From Raillietiella orientalis (Eukaryota): 64,000 nucleotides of DNA. The stretch's first letter is position 1; each line of letters starts with the position of its first letter. Shown here in pieces: positions 45,560-56,899 of this stretch. Position numbers and translations under genes: made by a program. Under the pieces are notes generated by a model. The model saw only the letters and a list, made by a program, of their open reading frames with translations. It searched no databases and was not told the DNA's origin. The stretch is from the NCBI GenBank assembly GCA_036172245.1, contig JAYWIR010000011.1, positions 3,596,001 to 3,660,000 on the forward strand, written 5' to 3'.

Positions 45560-46215
45560 GTTCTGGAAGGACGTGTGGTCGATCTCGCTGCTCCTGTAGA
45601 TGCAGGCTGGCGGAGTAGATCGCTCACCTGCTTCTGGACTGTGGTGCTCGATGGGAACTGTGGCGGAGACTGGTGTCAGCGCTCCTGCACCAAGAGAGCA
45701 CCGCCCGTGTGACCTGCTGCGGCGGTTCTTCGTGACCCAAGGACTTTCGACGGCGCGGTGCTCACGACGATGGGCTGCATCCGCGCTATGTGGGTGCTCG
45801 AGACGACCACGCAGCGAAGGGAGGTCGGGTAGGCAGCTATATGGAGGCTACCTACATGAGGGCGGCGGCCAAGGTGGCCTCGCCTAGAAGAAGGAGTAAA
45901 AACGGAGATCTCCAGCATCCAGCGCAGGTTTTGAACACTAGTGTCCCTTGTCCCCAGCCTCCCTCTGTTTATTTATTTATTTATTTTTTTTATTGTCCAC
46001 TCCCTTTCTCTCCGGACTTTTCCCGGAACTTTCTATGTTTCTCTTACACCAAAGATCTTCGCCCCATTCTTCCCGTAATTTCTTACTTATTTGTCGTCCC
46101 ATCTCTCCCGTTCCGGGATTTCGAATATCCCTATCTGCGTGTCGGTGGATCCTTTGCTGAACTTCTTTTGTCCTCCGTTGGGAACCAGAGTGTTCTCAAC
46201 CGGCCTATTTTCATG
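45560..46215 (+). mobile_element. L1/Tx1-like LINE 3' end (Zn knuckle and pyrimidine-rich 3' UTR)
   Basis: CRCRLAE*IAHLLLDC; near-identical to the reverse complement of 52955-53600. Confidence 0.8.
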
Positions 46216-46399
46216 AAACAAACAATCCGGAGAGACTGAATGGAAAAAAAAAAAAAATACACGCATTGCTCCTCCAACAAAGAGACCCCGCAGTACCATC
46301 GCTCATCTTTCGTTTCGGTGGATTAAGAGACCGCATGACCTCACCGTGCTTGCTTGACTCAGCGGAGAAGAGATGAGAAGGAAGGCGAAAAACTCTGTT

Positions 46400-49300
46400 C
46401 TCCCATCTGCCAAAACGAGAGGAAGTCACAGCTCCGCTCCGAGCGCCCCCCATGCTGGAAACGTTTTTGTAGTTTTGGCTTTAAAAGGTTGTATTTTGGG
46501 GGGAGCAGGGGATTCTGATTGGACTCTGGAGGATTTGCGACTTCTGACGCGAGCTCGCTGAAAAATCTGGGGATTTCCCAGAGGCCCGCGAGGAGCCGTC
46601 TCTTAGGATCGCGAGTGGTATCTGTCTGTCTGGAAGCAGTGCAAGTTGTTCTCCGAACACAAACTGAAAGCAAGAACGCGACTGGGGGTCGTTGCTATGG
46701 AATCGCACGTCTCACGAGGTCGGAATGGCAGGAGCGGTCACAAATCTGGTCGTGACCCAGTGATTTCGAATTTCTCCCATGAGGCTTCCCTGACTAATCT
46801 TCAGAAAAAGAGATCGATTCCAAGCCTTATCAACTATCTCGTGCCACTGACGTTCCCTACGCTCTGCTACCCAAGTTTCACGCATCCCATCCTCCGTGCG
46901 ACGATTCGGTTCCGCATCCTCTGAGCTGTGATGGAGCCCCACAGCCGAGCTGGGGGTTTCCTCGCAGCATCCTGTCTCCGAACCCCGGTCGACGCAACGT
47001 GGCGAAATCCGTACGGGAAGAAACTTGTAGACCGTTGCTTAGCGACTAGAGTCGGGGGAGGAAATCGAGCGGAAAGCAGAGTTCCGAGGGAGCTGCCACG
47101 GAGAAGTGAAAAGCCGAAACGGAAAGTTTCTCTTCCTCCACGATTGGAAATTCCGTCTCGGACCTCTTCTCTGAACCTATAAAACTCGTGTACCGCGCGT
47201 GAACGATCGACGAATCCTGGTTACTCCCGGAAACGTCACGGGCGAAATGGGTCTTTCTCCCATCGGATTGCTCTGGCCTGTGACCTTTACTCTCTCTTCT
47301 TCGTCGCGAAAGCCGCTTTCGGTTTCCGTAAGGAAAATCGCACGCGTCAGTGAAGGAAATGAATTCGTCCGACCCCTGTGAAAATACAAACCGGGTCACC
47401 AGCCCAAGCCAGTTTCTCCCCAGAAGCATCGCGCAGTGCTGGAAAAGGCATATCACAAAATGGGGAATAGCTTCCCCGTGCTTGGGAACGTTCCCGCTTC
47501 TGCCTGGAGGAAAGCCCACAAATCTCTGGAGTATCCATTCCTGCGATGGGTGGTTCCTTTCGACCACACTAGAGACAGTCGCTCCCAGCAGAACAGAATC
47601 CACGCTGTGCTTGTATCCTGTAGGCTGTGGCTCCACAACAAGTGTTAGGATACTACAGCCACTGGTACATCGAACGAAAAGGAGGGCTCTCCTTGTGATC
47701 CACAAGTTTCTGTGGCAAATGATCCTTTCTGAGAGACAGTGACCGATGCTAGATCTACACCATCGTTTCGTTGTCAGTATGCTGTTTTTTCATCTCAAGG
47801 ACGGAATCAGGCAGAAGAGTTTCACGGCTTCGGAGGAGAGAGTGGTCCTGAGAGAACAGGAAGGAGACGAATTTCAAGGAGTCTCTGTTACTTCTCAGGC
47901 ATCTCATTTTTCTAAAACCCCAGGATACAGGATTGAAATAGCGAGTTTTCTGAATACCTCGAGACCATCGGCCATCTAGCGTGTTCCACTGATGCGTTCG
48001 CTTTTACCGGTTATATACCTCAGATCTTTTTTCATGCAGGTTGATGTTACCAATGGCCTTTCGCGATGATCCGGTTACCGTTACCACTACAAAACTCGAA
48101 GTTCCTTTGCTGCTCCCAATCAACCATGGATATGAGAAATCTTTTCATCGCTCTCATTTCTTAGTAGCCAGCTGCAAAAATTGAAAGGTCAAAAAAGGAT
48201 TCTCTGTCTGGAGGAGGAATGGAGAAACTACACCATAGGAAGCTTATCATTATCTCCAGTGGTAGCGTGTTCAAGATGTCATTCTCAAACCCTTCCCAGA
48301 TCTCTTCAGACATGTTACCTTCCTTTGCCGAAAGTGCATCATCTTAGCTCAAAGCCATATTCCACAAAGTAAGACCCGTACACGTTTGCTTTTTAACAGT
48401 TAGGTGGATCAGGATGTTCTGGAATCGACTTCCTTCTGCACATCTTTTTTTCAGGGAACGAAGAATTTTATGATCTTTCTCTCTTAATCCTCACCATTAA
48501 AACTTAAAGGTACCCGAATCCTGGATCCGTCTAATGAGCTAGTTGCACACTATATTTGACGCGAATGAAGGCAAGCAAGAATTCCCTGGATGCTCTTCGA
48601 GTGTTGTTAACGAAGGGAAAACAAGACGCAAAAACGTAAGGTGTCAGCAACTCCGGCAGTAAAGACGGTAGAAGGCATCTACCAGATCTCTGTTCCACTC
48701 TTGCTGTTCCAAAATTTTTTGCAGGTTGTCCCACCCTATCGGAAACTGCGCCGGGAGTGAGATCGATACTCTGTTGGATCATATGCCACTTAGCATCATT
48801 ATCTGAGCTCTCAGAGCTCCTGATCATTTCTCAGTGGAACACCAAAACTAACTAAAAGAGGTTTGCGCGAAAGATTTTGAGAAAATATGCAATGGCAATT
48901 GCATTATTGCCGTTGAATACATGGCTCCAGGAACACAGTTATGACCTCCTCCTCGAAGACTGCAGCCAATCTTTTTAGACAAGAGTTTCCTTGGGAACCA
49001 CAGAGTTCTGTCGCTTGTAGCTGCCAAGAAGATGTGTTAGGAATGACCTCTGTTTAAGTTGGCCAGAAAAGTGGCAGCTCCTGCGAAAAATGCTCTCCTT
49101 TGGAATCGTTTAGTCCGTGGTTCTCAGGTATCAAAGACGATTCTCGTGGCAACAGAGTTGGCCTCCTTCTGTTGTTGAGCATCTCTTTGGAATCTTATAG
49201 GCAAAAACTTCTTTCTAGATGGACGCATTTCACAACGGTGCTTCGGAGACCCTGATGCAAAGGGTCATCTCTTCCCAGCAAGCAGCTGGAATTGCGTACA

Positions 49301-49500
49301 GATTGTGCTGTGGTTCGGTGCTAGGAACCGAGGTCGGTCTCTACGGTCACTCCTGATGAAACCATCTATCCCTTTCTCTACAACGGATCCGCCTTATTTA
49401 ACCGTGGATTCTTCCTTCCTTTCTCAAGGAATTTGGAGACAGAGAGAAAAAGTGCATTGAGCTAGTGGGTACGCTGACTGAAAACTATGACCGCAGGGTC
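46400..49500 (+). mobile_element. Degenerate L1/Tx1-like LINE ORF2 (APE and RT)
   Basis: QNRIHAVLVS (SRID-like) near 47590, LLLEDCSQSF (D..KAFD) near 48950, FFLDGRISQRC (RG.RQGC) near 49210, PDETIY (ADD) near 49352. Confidence 0.6.
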
Positions 49501-49929
49501 ATGGAAGCACTCATGCGTGAGTGATGGAATTCTTCTCATGGGCTCCAGATTCTAATTGATGCTCTCTAAGATAATCACAGCACATAAGGGACACTCTGTT
49601 GCTCCGAATGCCTTTTCGTGCCTTTGGTTTCCACTTTCCGTTTCTCTCCTTCCTTTTTACTCCTGACTGAAGTATCGAGACGTCCTCACCATCTTCCCCT
49701 ACTGTTGTTGTAAGATAACATGCAGACTCGGCTTGTAAATGTCGTCTGGATTGTCCAGTTCTATCTATTATTCCCACTTCATCGGATGCACTTTGGAATA
49801 CACTCTCAGTTCTAGGATGAATCCTGAAAACTTTGTTTTGGCGGTTGGCTAAGTGCTCAAGAAACGTTAGCCGAGGAGCTCACGAAGCTCTTTCAGCAAT
49901 GCCCACGCCAGCCGAGGGGGTGCTTGTTA

Positions 49930-50590
49930 ACTCCTCAAGTTATAGGGAGTAACCCCGGAAAGACCATCCTATAAATACAGGAAGGCTTCCGCAGGAAGGA
50001 GTCCTTTCCTCTTGCACTTGGGAGGGAATCCCGAATCTCTCCTTTGCTCTAACTGGAGGGACCACGGAGGGAGCCGCTCCTCATTTCTTCTGCGGAGGGA
50101 ACCCGCAAGGAAACCGCTCCTTGTTTCCCCTACCTTTGAAGAAAACACCGAATGGACGCTTCCAAATTTCTTTGAAGGGCGCTTTCAGAAGGGAGCAGCG
50201 CGTTGCTTACGCTCTGGAGAGGCAGCCCCCCGAGGGGGGCACCAACCAGCTCCTTGGCACGCGATGGCCAGTCTCCCGTCTAGGGGAATGGACGGATCCA
50301 TTTTCCCGACCTGAGGGGAATCCCTAAGGGAATCGGTTCCTTGATTCCCGGAAGGAACCCGGAAAGTCGACTTCCAACCCTGGACAGTCAACGGAGACAT
50401 CCGGCCGTTTCCAAGAGTGTCGCTCCCGAAGAGCCTGCAGGCAAACCAGCATCATCCTGCGTGGGGACTCTGAACCCACGACGCACCCATTTCTCGGAGT
50501 TGATCCTTCCCCGAGCAGGAATCCCTAACAGTCCTGTGCTGCCTACGCGGAATCGTGGCTGCATGGAGCAACACCAGAGGAGGCCAGAAC
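49930..50590 (-). mobile_element. tRNA-derived SINE copy
   Basis: Reverse complement contains GAGAAATGGGTGCGTCGTGGGTTC and GGAATCAAGGAACCGATTCCCTTAGGGATTCCCC, as in the other copies. Confidence 0.7.
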
Positions 50591-51049
50591 GACAGGGACG
50601 CCATCTATTTTGCTGTCCTTTTCATGTAGTCCGGGTCAAGATGGCTCCTTCTGGGAACCTCGAAACAGGAACTTGCCGGCATCCTTACAAAGATGCAGAG
50701 GACACCCTCCAGTAATCCATTCCCAACCCCTCCCCCTCCCTCCCATTCTTTAACTGCATTTTTCGTTTCATTCTTTTCCCTTTTGTTTGTCTCTCCTATC
50801 CCTGTGCTGCCGAGGCGAACCCTGTTGACCTGCGTGCCATATGCCAGCACATTCCTTCTCGTATCCATAAGTAACGTAGCAGGATCAAACGTCCTGCAAC
50901 AGACATGTACGTTTATTTCGTAAATAAATGCCCTGGAGTGATCGGGTGTCAACCATTGACGCACCCGAAACCCGTGGGCCAACCGGTGTCTTCTCGAGGG
51001 AGGTCACTCAAAACCTACGATGCACCTCCTGTTCTTGGAGTTCGTCCTT

Positions 51050-51125
51050 CCCCGGGTGGGATTCGAACCCGCTACTCTTGTTACCACCCGAGGAGACCGT
51101 GGCCACACGGCCGCCAACGCAGACC
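51050..51125 (-). mobile_element. SINE tRNA-like head fragment
   Basis: A-box-like TGGCGGCCGTGTGG and B-box GGTTCGAATCCC; no acceptor stem. Confidence 0.6.
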
Positions 51126-51479
51126 ATGGCTTCCGCGAATGACCATGAGGCTCTTGGGACCCTAATCCTCTCTGTCGGCTTGGGATTTTCTCGAGTTGGT
51201 GTTTTTCTTCATCCATCTTCGGCCTGCGTAACAGAGGAGCACAGGAAACTGGACGGCAGTGTGTCGGGATTCCTTGGTCGCACTCCCGCCCGGGAGCAGC
51301 TTCTCACGGGAGATGGTCGCTCTCTTGCGTCCACTCAGCGTCACAGGAGCATTTTCATCCCCGGTTGAGGAGCTTTTGGTTCATAATCCCGAACGCCATA
51401 ATCCCTCGCGTCGAAATCCCGAAAATCCCGTCACCGTTTGCCGAAAAAGTTTCATTGATTGAGCGTCGGGAATGACAGG

Positions 51480-51700
51480 AAAATAAAATGCACGGCACAA
51501 AGAATTATAAAAAGTGGTGCTCACAATTTAAAATAGCGGGAAGGAAATAAAAAGGAGAGCAAATAAAAAACCGAAGGGAACGCATATAAAAAAATAAAAA
51601 GAAGGAAAAAAAATAAGGAAAGGAAAGAGAATTAAAAAGAAAACAATAAAAAAAGAAAAACAAAGAAGAAGAGAAGAAACAAAAGAAATAAAATAGACAG
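51480..51700. repeat. A/G-rich low-complexity tract
   Basis: Runs of A interspersed with G and T. Confidence 0.8.
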
Positions 51701-51889
51701 CTGAGCATATGGAAAAGTGTATTCGAGGTACACGGATTGCGGGCAACTGTGCGGAGGTGGTGCGCATAAGAGATGGACGACTTTCACGATCCGCTGCGAA
51801 GTCTTTGCATCGCAATGATGTTCAATGATACGATTCCAAAAAACGCCATTCTAATTGAAAAGAAAAGGCCAGCTAAGAGGGAGAGAAAG

Positions 51890-52880
51890 CCGAATTGGTG
51901 ATTGGTGGGCGTTCTGGACGTTCTTTCCTTGATACTGTATTGGTGGACACAAGTGGACATCGACAGAAGGATGGACAGAATAGACAGGACAGAAGTAAGA
52001 TGGACAGAAGTAGGCGCGCAGCAGCAATCAGTAATCGCGAGACTTCAGAACAAAGTCAGTGACCGTCAACGTCGCCTAGCTCTTATGCGCATCACCTCCA
52101 CGAATTTGTCCTCAATCCGTACCTCTTTCATTTTCAAAGTTAACAGCTACGGTATTACAAACAAAAGGGGAGCTTTTCCCCATCGTCCACCCTCTTCCTT
52201 CCTGATCACTGAAGTTGTTCTACGAGGGATGCTATTGAAACGTCCTGTAGTCTGCAGTTCAACGACGTCTTCCTCTCCGTCCAAGAGCCGCTCTTCATGT
52301 GCTTTTGGGCATCGTCCAGCAATCATCGCAGGAGATGTCTTCGATAGATGTTGCGAGTGCAGAGCATGGCACGGGGCAACCATAAAGTGCTTCATTTTAT
52401 ACGCATACATCTGTGGGGCACATCTGCATCTGCAAGTTCCCTGCAGACCGGTTGCTTCAGTGCCACGGTCTCAAGTTCCCAAAGGACCACCAATGATGGC
52501 CAGCACCTTTGCATGGACTCTTTTTGGGGTTGCTGGTTGGTAATATCTTGATGTTTGGATACTTTCTCATGTCTGGCGATGCTGAAGGCTTCCTTCCGTT
52601 ACCAAAGGAGCAAGCTACGTTTAGCACCAGCATCCCGCTGCCGCTACTGTCATACCAGTTCTGGCATCAGAACTGAATCAAGATTAGGGACTCGCTGATT
52701 CTTAGAAGTAGAGGTTTCCATCTTGCCGTTTCTACCGCTTTTGTTTCGATTCCATGCACAATCGCAATCCGTGTACCGATGAGACTGCCTCATGTGAAGA
52801 TTTGCCTCGTGAGTCAGAGTCTCAGCATCTCTCCTCGCAGGTCACAACGACGCCATGTGCGATAAGCTACTGGTGGCTCC
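51890..52880 (-). mobile_element. Gypsy-like LTR retrotransposon 3' relic (integrase C-terminus, possible LTR)
   Basis: HGIETKAVETAR (SNG.AE.AV.T.K-like), HAKVL...APQMY and TTGRF..IPRR, followed by a purine-rich stretch and TGCGCA. Confidence 0.45.
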
Positions 52881-52954
52881 TCTTGTGAGAAGCAGATGTC
52901 GCCTTGCAGCGTGGTAGAACCTGTAGTTTTTTATCCGTTCACTCCAGGGCGTTT

Positions 52955-54780
52955 ATTTCATGAAAACAGACCGGCTGGGAAGATGCCGGCTCCCAACCGA
53001 AGACAAAAGAAGTTCAGCAAAGGATCCACCGACACGCAGATAAGGATATTCGAAATCCCGGAACGGGAGAGATGGGACGACAAATAAGTAAGAAATTACG
53101 GGAAGAATGGGGCGAAGATCTTTGGTGTAAGAGAAACATAGAAAGTTCCGGGAAAAGTCCGGAGAGAAAGGGAGTGGACAATAAAAAAAATAAATAAATA
53201 AATAAACAGAGGGAGGCTGGGGACAAGGGACACTAGTGTTCAAAACCTGCGCTGGATGCTGGAGATCTCCGTTTTTACTCCTTCTTCTAGGCGAGGCCAC
53301 CTTGGCCGCCGCCCTCATGTAGGTAGCCTCCATATAGCTGCCTACCCGACCTCCCTTCGCTGCGTGGTCGTCTCGAGCACCCACATAGCGCGGATGCAGC
53401 CCATCGTCGTGAGCACCGCGCCGTCGAAAGTCCTTGGGTCACGAAGAACCGCCGCAGCAGGTCACACGGGCGGTGCTCTCCTGGTGCAGGAGCGCTGACA
53501 CCAGTCTCCGCCACACTTCCCATCGGGCACCACAGTCCAGAAGCAGGTGCGCGATCGACTCCGCCAACCCGCACCTGGTGGACGATTCCGTAGCCAGCAA
53601 ATCTCAGGTGTTGCCTCCTTGTAAGAAAACATCTCGAAGAGCTATGCATGCCGATGCAGCGCACAGCTTTCCCTTGATCCAGATCATGTTTTACTAGGCA
53701 CCGCCATGTCTCCTCGCGCTGTGCAGCTCGTACGAAGGAGGGAGACTTCTTCCTCATGCTGATATCAGAAATCATCTCACCAATCTGCATTGTCGGTTCT
53801 AATTGAAATTTCCAAACCGTTTCCGATCTTAAAGAGGCTCGTCTTCCGATGGACCATGAGCTTCCGTATATCCCCATTTATTCCGTAAAACTTGCCAGAT
53901 GTGTCGCCCGACGTAAATTTGCCAGGATCATATAATCATCTACCGTGGGTATCAAAAGAATTTTTTCCAACACCAACTCACGGGGAGTTTCATGTGCTTA
54001 CGGTTGGGCGGCATCGGCCAGTGAGGATGATGTCTCCAGATGCACTTTTTCATAAGTGGAATTTTCAATTTCATCTTTGTATTTGTTTTCCTTTTTGTTT
54101 TTATTTTTTTATTTTCTTTCCACTAGGGATCATGGCGCTCGGGATGGCGTCTTGTTGCCTGGAACCTGGTTAGGCATTAATGGTGCAAATGTGCTTACAG
54201 ATCATTTTCTGGTGGTGCAAGGGGTTCCCGACCCTCCAAAACAGCAGCAAGAGGTTCTACGGAGCTTCCGCGTGCGACATGAAAGATGCAGTGGAGTTGC
54301 GTCAGTGGCGCTTGTCCGCACTTGTAATCTGCAAGGCAGGCCGATGGACCAGGACAACAACCAAGGCGGATGGAAGGAGCTCCTCTGCAGTCAATCTGTT
54401 CTCCTGGACTACTCCTGGCGGAGTTAGAGTTTCTGGGTAAAGCTTTCTCTGGCTTGGAGGCCCCGGCGTGCTCTCCGGGAGCTTTTTGTGTTCGAGCACA
54501 TCATTCCTCTCTTCATATGCCCCTTCTATTTTCCTAAGGATGCTGAATTCTTTCGTTGGGATATCTCTCATCGGATTCCGTGAACATCAACCAAATCCCC
54601 ACTCAGCCAACGGAATAGTCGCTTTCTCTCTTCCCTCCTGTTTGCGTTCCAATCGGTGGTTTCCACGACCAGATCAGGTCTTCAGACTGGTCACCTGTGA
54701 GCATCAGTCGCTTACCTTACACGCCTTCGTGCGGTGGTTTCGTGTGCAAAGGCTTCCTATGACTGTCGTGCTTTAAACTA
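52955..54780 (-). mobile_element. L1/Tx1-like LINE 3' part
   Basis: TRCGLAESIAHLLLDC Zn-knuckle remnant; the 3' ~600 bp are near-identical to 45560-46215. Confidence 0.78.
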
Positions 54781-55339
54781 AAATCAACGAGCCGATCATT
54801 ACGCAGATCTCAGAACTGCGTAGGAAGTGGAGGGGTTTGGGACATCCGGCTCGCGCACCCCGTTTCTGTGATGTTATCGGGCAGAACAGTCCATCTCGAT
54901 GATCCCCACAGTTGCATACAGTCTAAGGAAATATCACAGAGCACGGAGAAGTTCACGAGAATGAGGGGAAAAAAAAGACAAAAACAAATGCATTTGTGTC
55001 AGCGGCTCCAGAAGAGTAGCAGAAGATCGAGTGAAGTCCCGTGACTTCTCAGCTGGGTCGCTAAGGTTCCGGAGGAAGGATGCCCTGAGACATCAAGAGC
55101 ACCTAGCAGATTGTAAACCGGCTCACTATAAATCCAGCAGATTCCTGGGAGAAACACCGGTGGATTCCGAGCAAGGAGCAGGATAGCGTCTGAAGCTCCT
55201 GGATGGCATTACAGAACTCTCGTGTATCTTAGCAGACTCCTCCGCTAATCCTGTTGAAGTCCGACCTCTTTGGCAGCTCTCACAAGACTGCTTCTTGAGA
55301 TACCATACCGCAGTGATTAAGCACGCGTTGGAGCAGTGA

Positions 55340-56810
55340 CACCTGCAGGATGATGCTGGTTGGCCCATTCGGGAGCGGCACTGGCGGAAGCAGAAGGAAT
55401 TCGGATGTCCCCGCTGACTGGCCTCCGTCATTGGAAGCTGACCTCCAGGATTCTTCCAGGAATCAAGGAGCCTTTCGGGTTCCTCCCTCTGGTTGTGAAA
55501 TGGAGTCGCCCCTTTCCTTCAAGAGGGACCCTCCATCTCGTACGATGACGCTAATGGATTGATACCTCTCCAGTCCTTACTTCTATTTTATTTATACTGA
55601 TCAAATCTGATAACTTTTGCTCTTTATTGTTATTCAACTGAATATACACGTTATAAATAGTGAGCTTTAAAGTATTCCAAGCCGGGATAATTATAGCTTC
55701 CGGAATAATACTATATTCAATGTTATTTGGTATATCAGCGACTTCCAAGAAGCATGCTGCTCCCTTCGTGGAGTGCCCTTCAGAAAAAATTTCGAAGCGT
55801 CCCTTCGGGGTTCCCTTTAGTGTAATTCTTCAGGATAGGAGCACCCCAGAATGGGGGTCCGCCCTATGAATCCAGGAAGGGCTCGGAGTCCGTTCCTCTC
55901 ACACTTGGGGAGGGATCCCCTGTTTGGGAGGGATCGCACCTCCCACCCTAGTTGTCTCCGAAGGGAATCCCGAAGGAAATCTCCTTCCTCATTCTCTCCG
56001 GAGGAACACTTCCCTAATGGGGGGTGGTCTCTCCATTTCAACTTCTCCGAAGGGAACTCGGAAAGGATCTGCTAGTAAGAATTTCTTCTCTGGAGGGAAC
56101 CAGCAAGGGAACCGCTCCTTCTCTGAAGAGAACCCTGAAGGGATGCTTCCGGAACTCAGAAGGGGCGCTGCAGCTTCCCGTAGGGAATCGCTCTCGCTTG
56201 TTTCCTTGCACTCTGTGAAGAGGCGACGACTCGGAGGTCCGCTCCTTTGAACAACTGGAGAGGGTTCCTGCTCCATCTTGAAACAAAGGGGTCCCCCGGT
56301 GAGGGTGGGGTCCGCTCTCCGTTGCACGACAGGAGGCAAAACTCCCCACTCCTTTATTCCTGGGAGGAACCCAAGGTCATTTTTCCGGCCTTCATCGGGG
56401 GCCTCCGACTTAATCTACCGCTGGTGCCACGCTCGAATGATTAGGCCAACCAGCGCCATCTTGCAGGAGGAACTCGGAACCCAACGACGCAGTGGAGTCA
56501 GTTTCAGCCGGAGTATTCGAACCCGCGGCGCATGGTGCTACGCGTGGAAGCCTTAACCACAAAGCCTCCGGCGCGGGCAACACTTCAGAGGAAGAAACGA
56601 GGAACGTATGCTTTTAGGAGAATCCCTCCGAAGAAGCAACTCAGGAGCGGATCCTTTTTGGATTCCCTTCAGAGAAATGAGTGACCCCCTTCAGGAGTCC
56701 TTCCGGAAAGAATAAGGAAGACAAGGTTCCCCTCAGAATTCGCTCCCAAGAGTAAGGAGAACGAACTCTCTCCTTCAGAGCCTTCCTGGATTCATAGAAT
56801 GGTTCCCACG
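55340..56810. mobile_element. Cluster of SINE copies in both orientations
   Basis: Plus-strand body from about 55340, minus-strand copy with its head near 56560, and further fragments to about 56810. Confidence 0.65.
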
Positions 56811-56899
56811 GGACTGCCGAAAACTTGAGGGAATTTCCACTTGTAGGAGGAAAGTGTGAGGGAGATACAAGAATAGGAGGGATGGCTGCTGATTTGCAA

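Noticed and set aside
47046..47705. 219-aa minus-strand ORF
   Set aside because: Antisense to LINE endonuclease remnants.
51050..51125. Possible tRNA gene
   Set aside because: It has A/B boxes but no acceptor stem and matches the SINE head.
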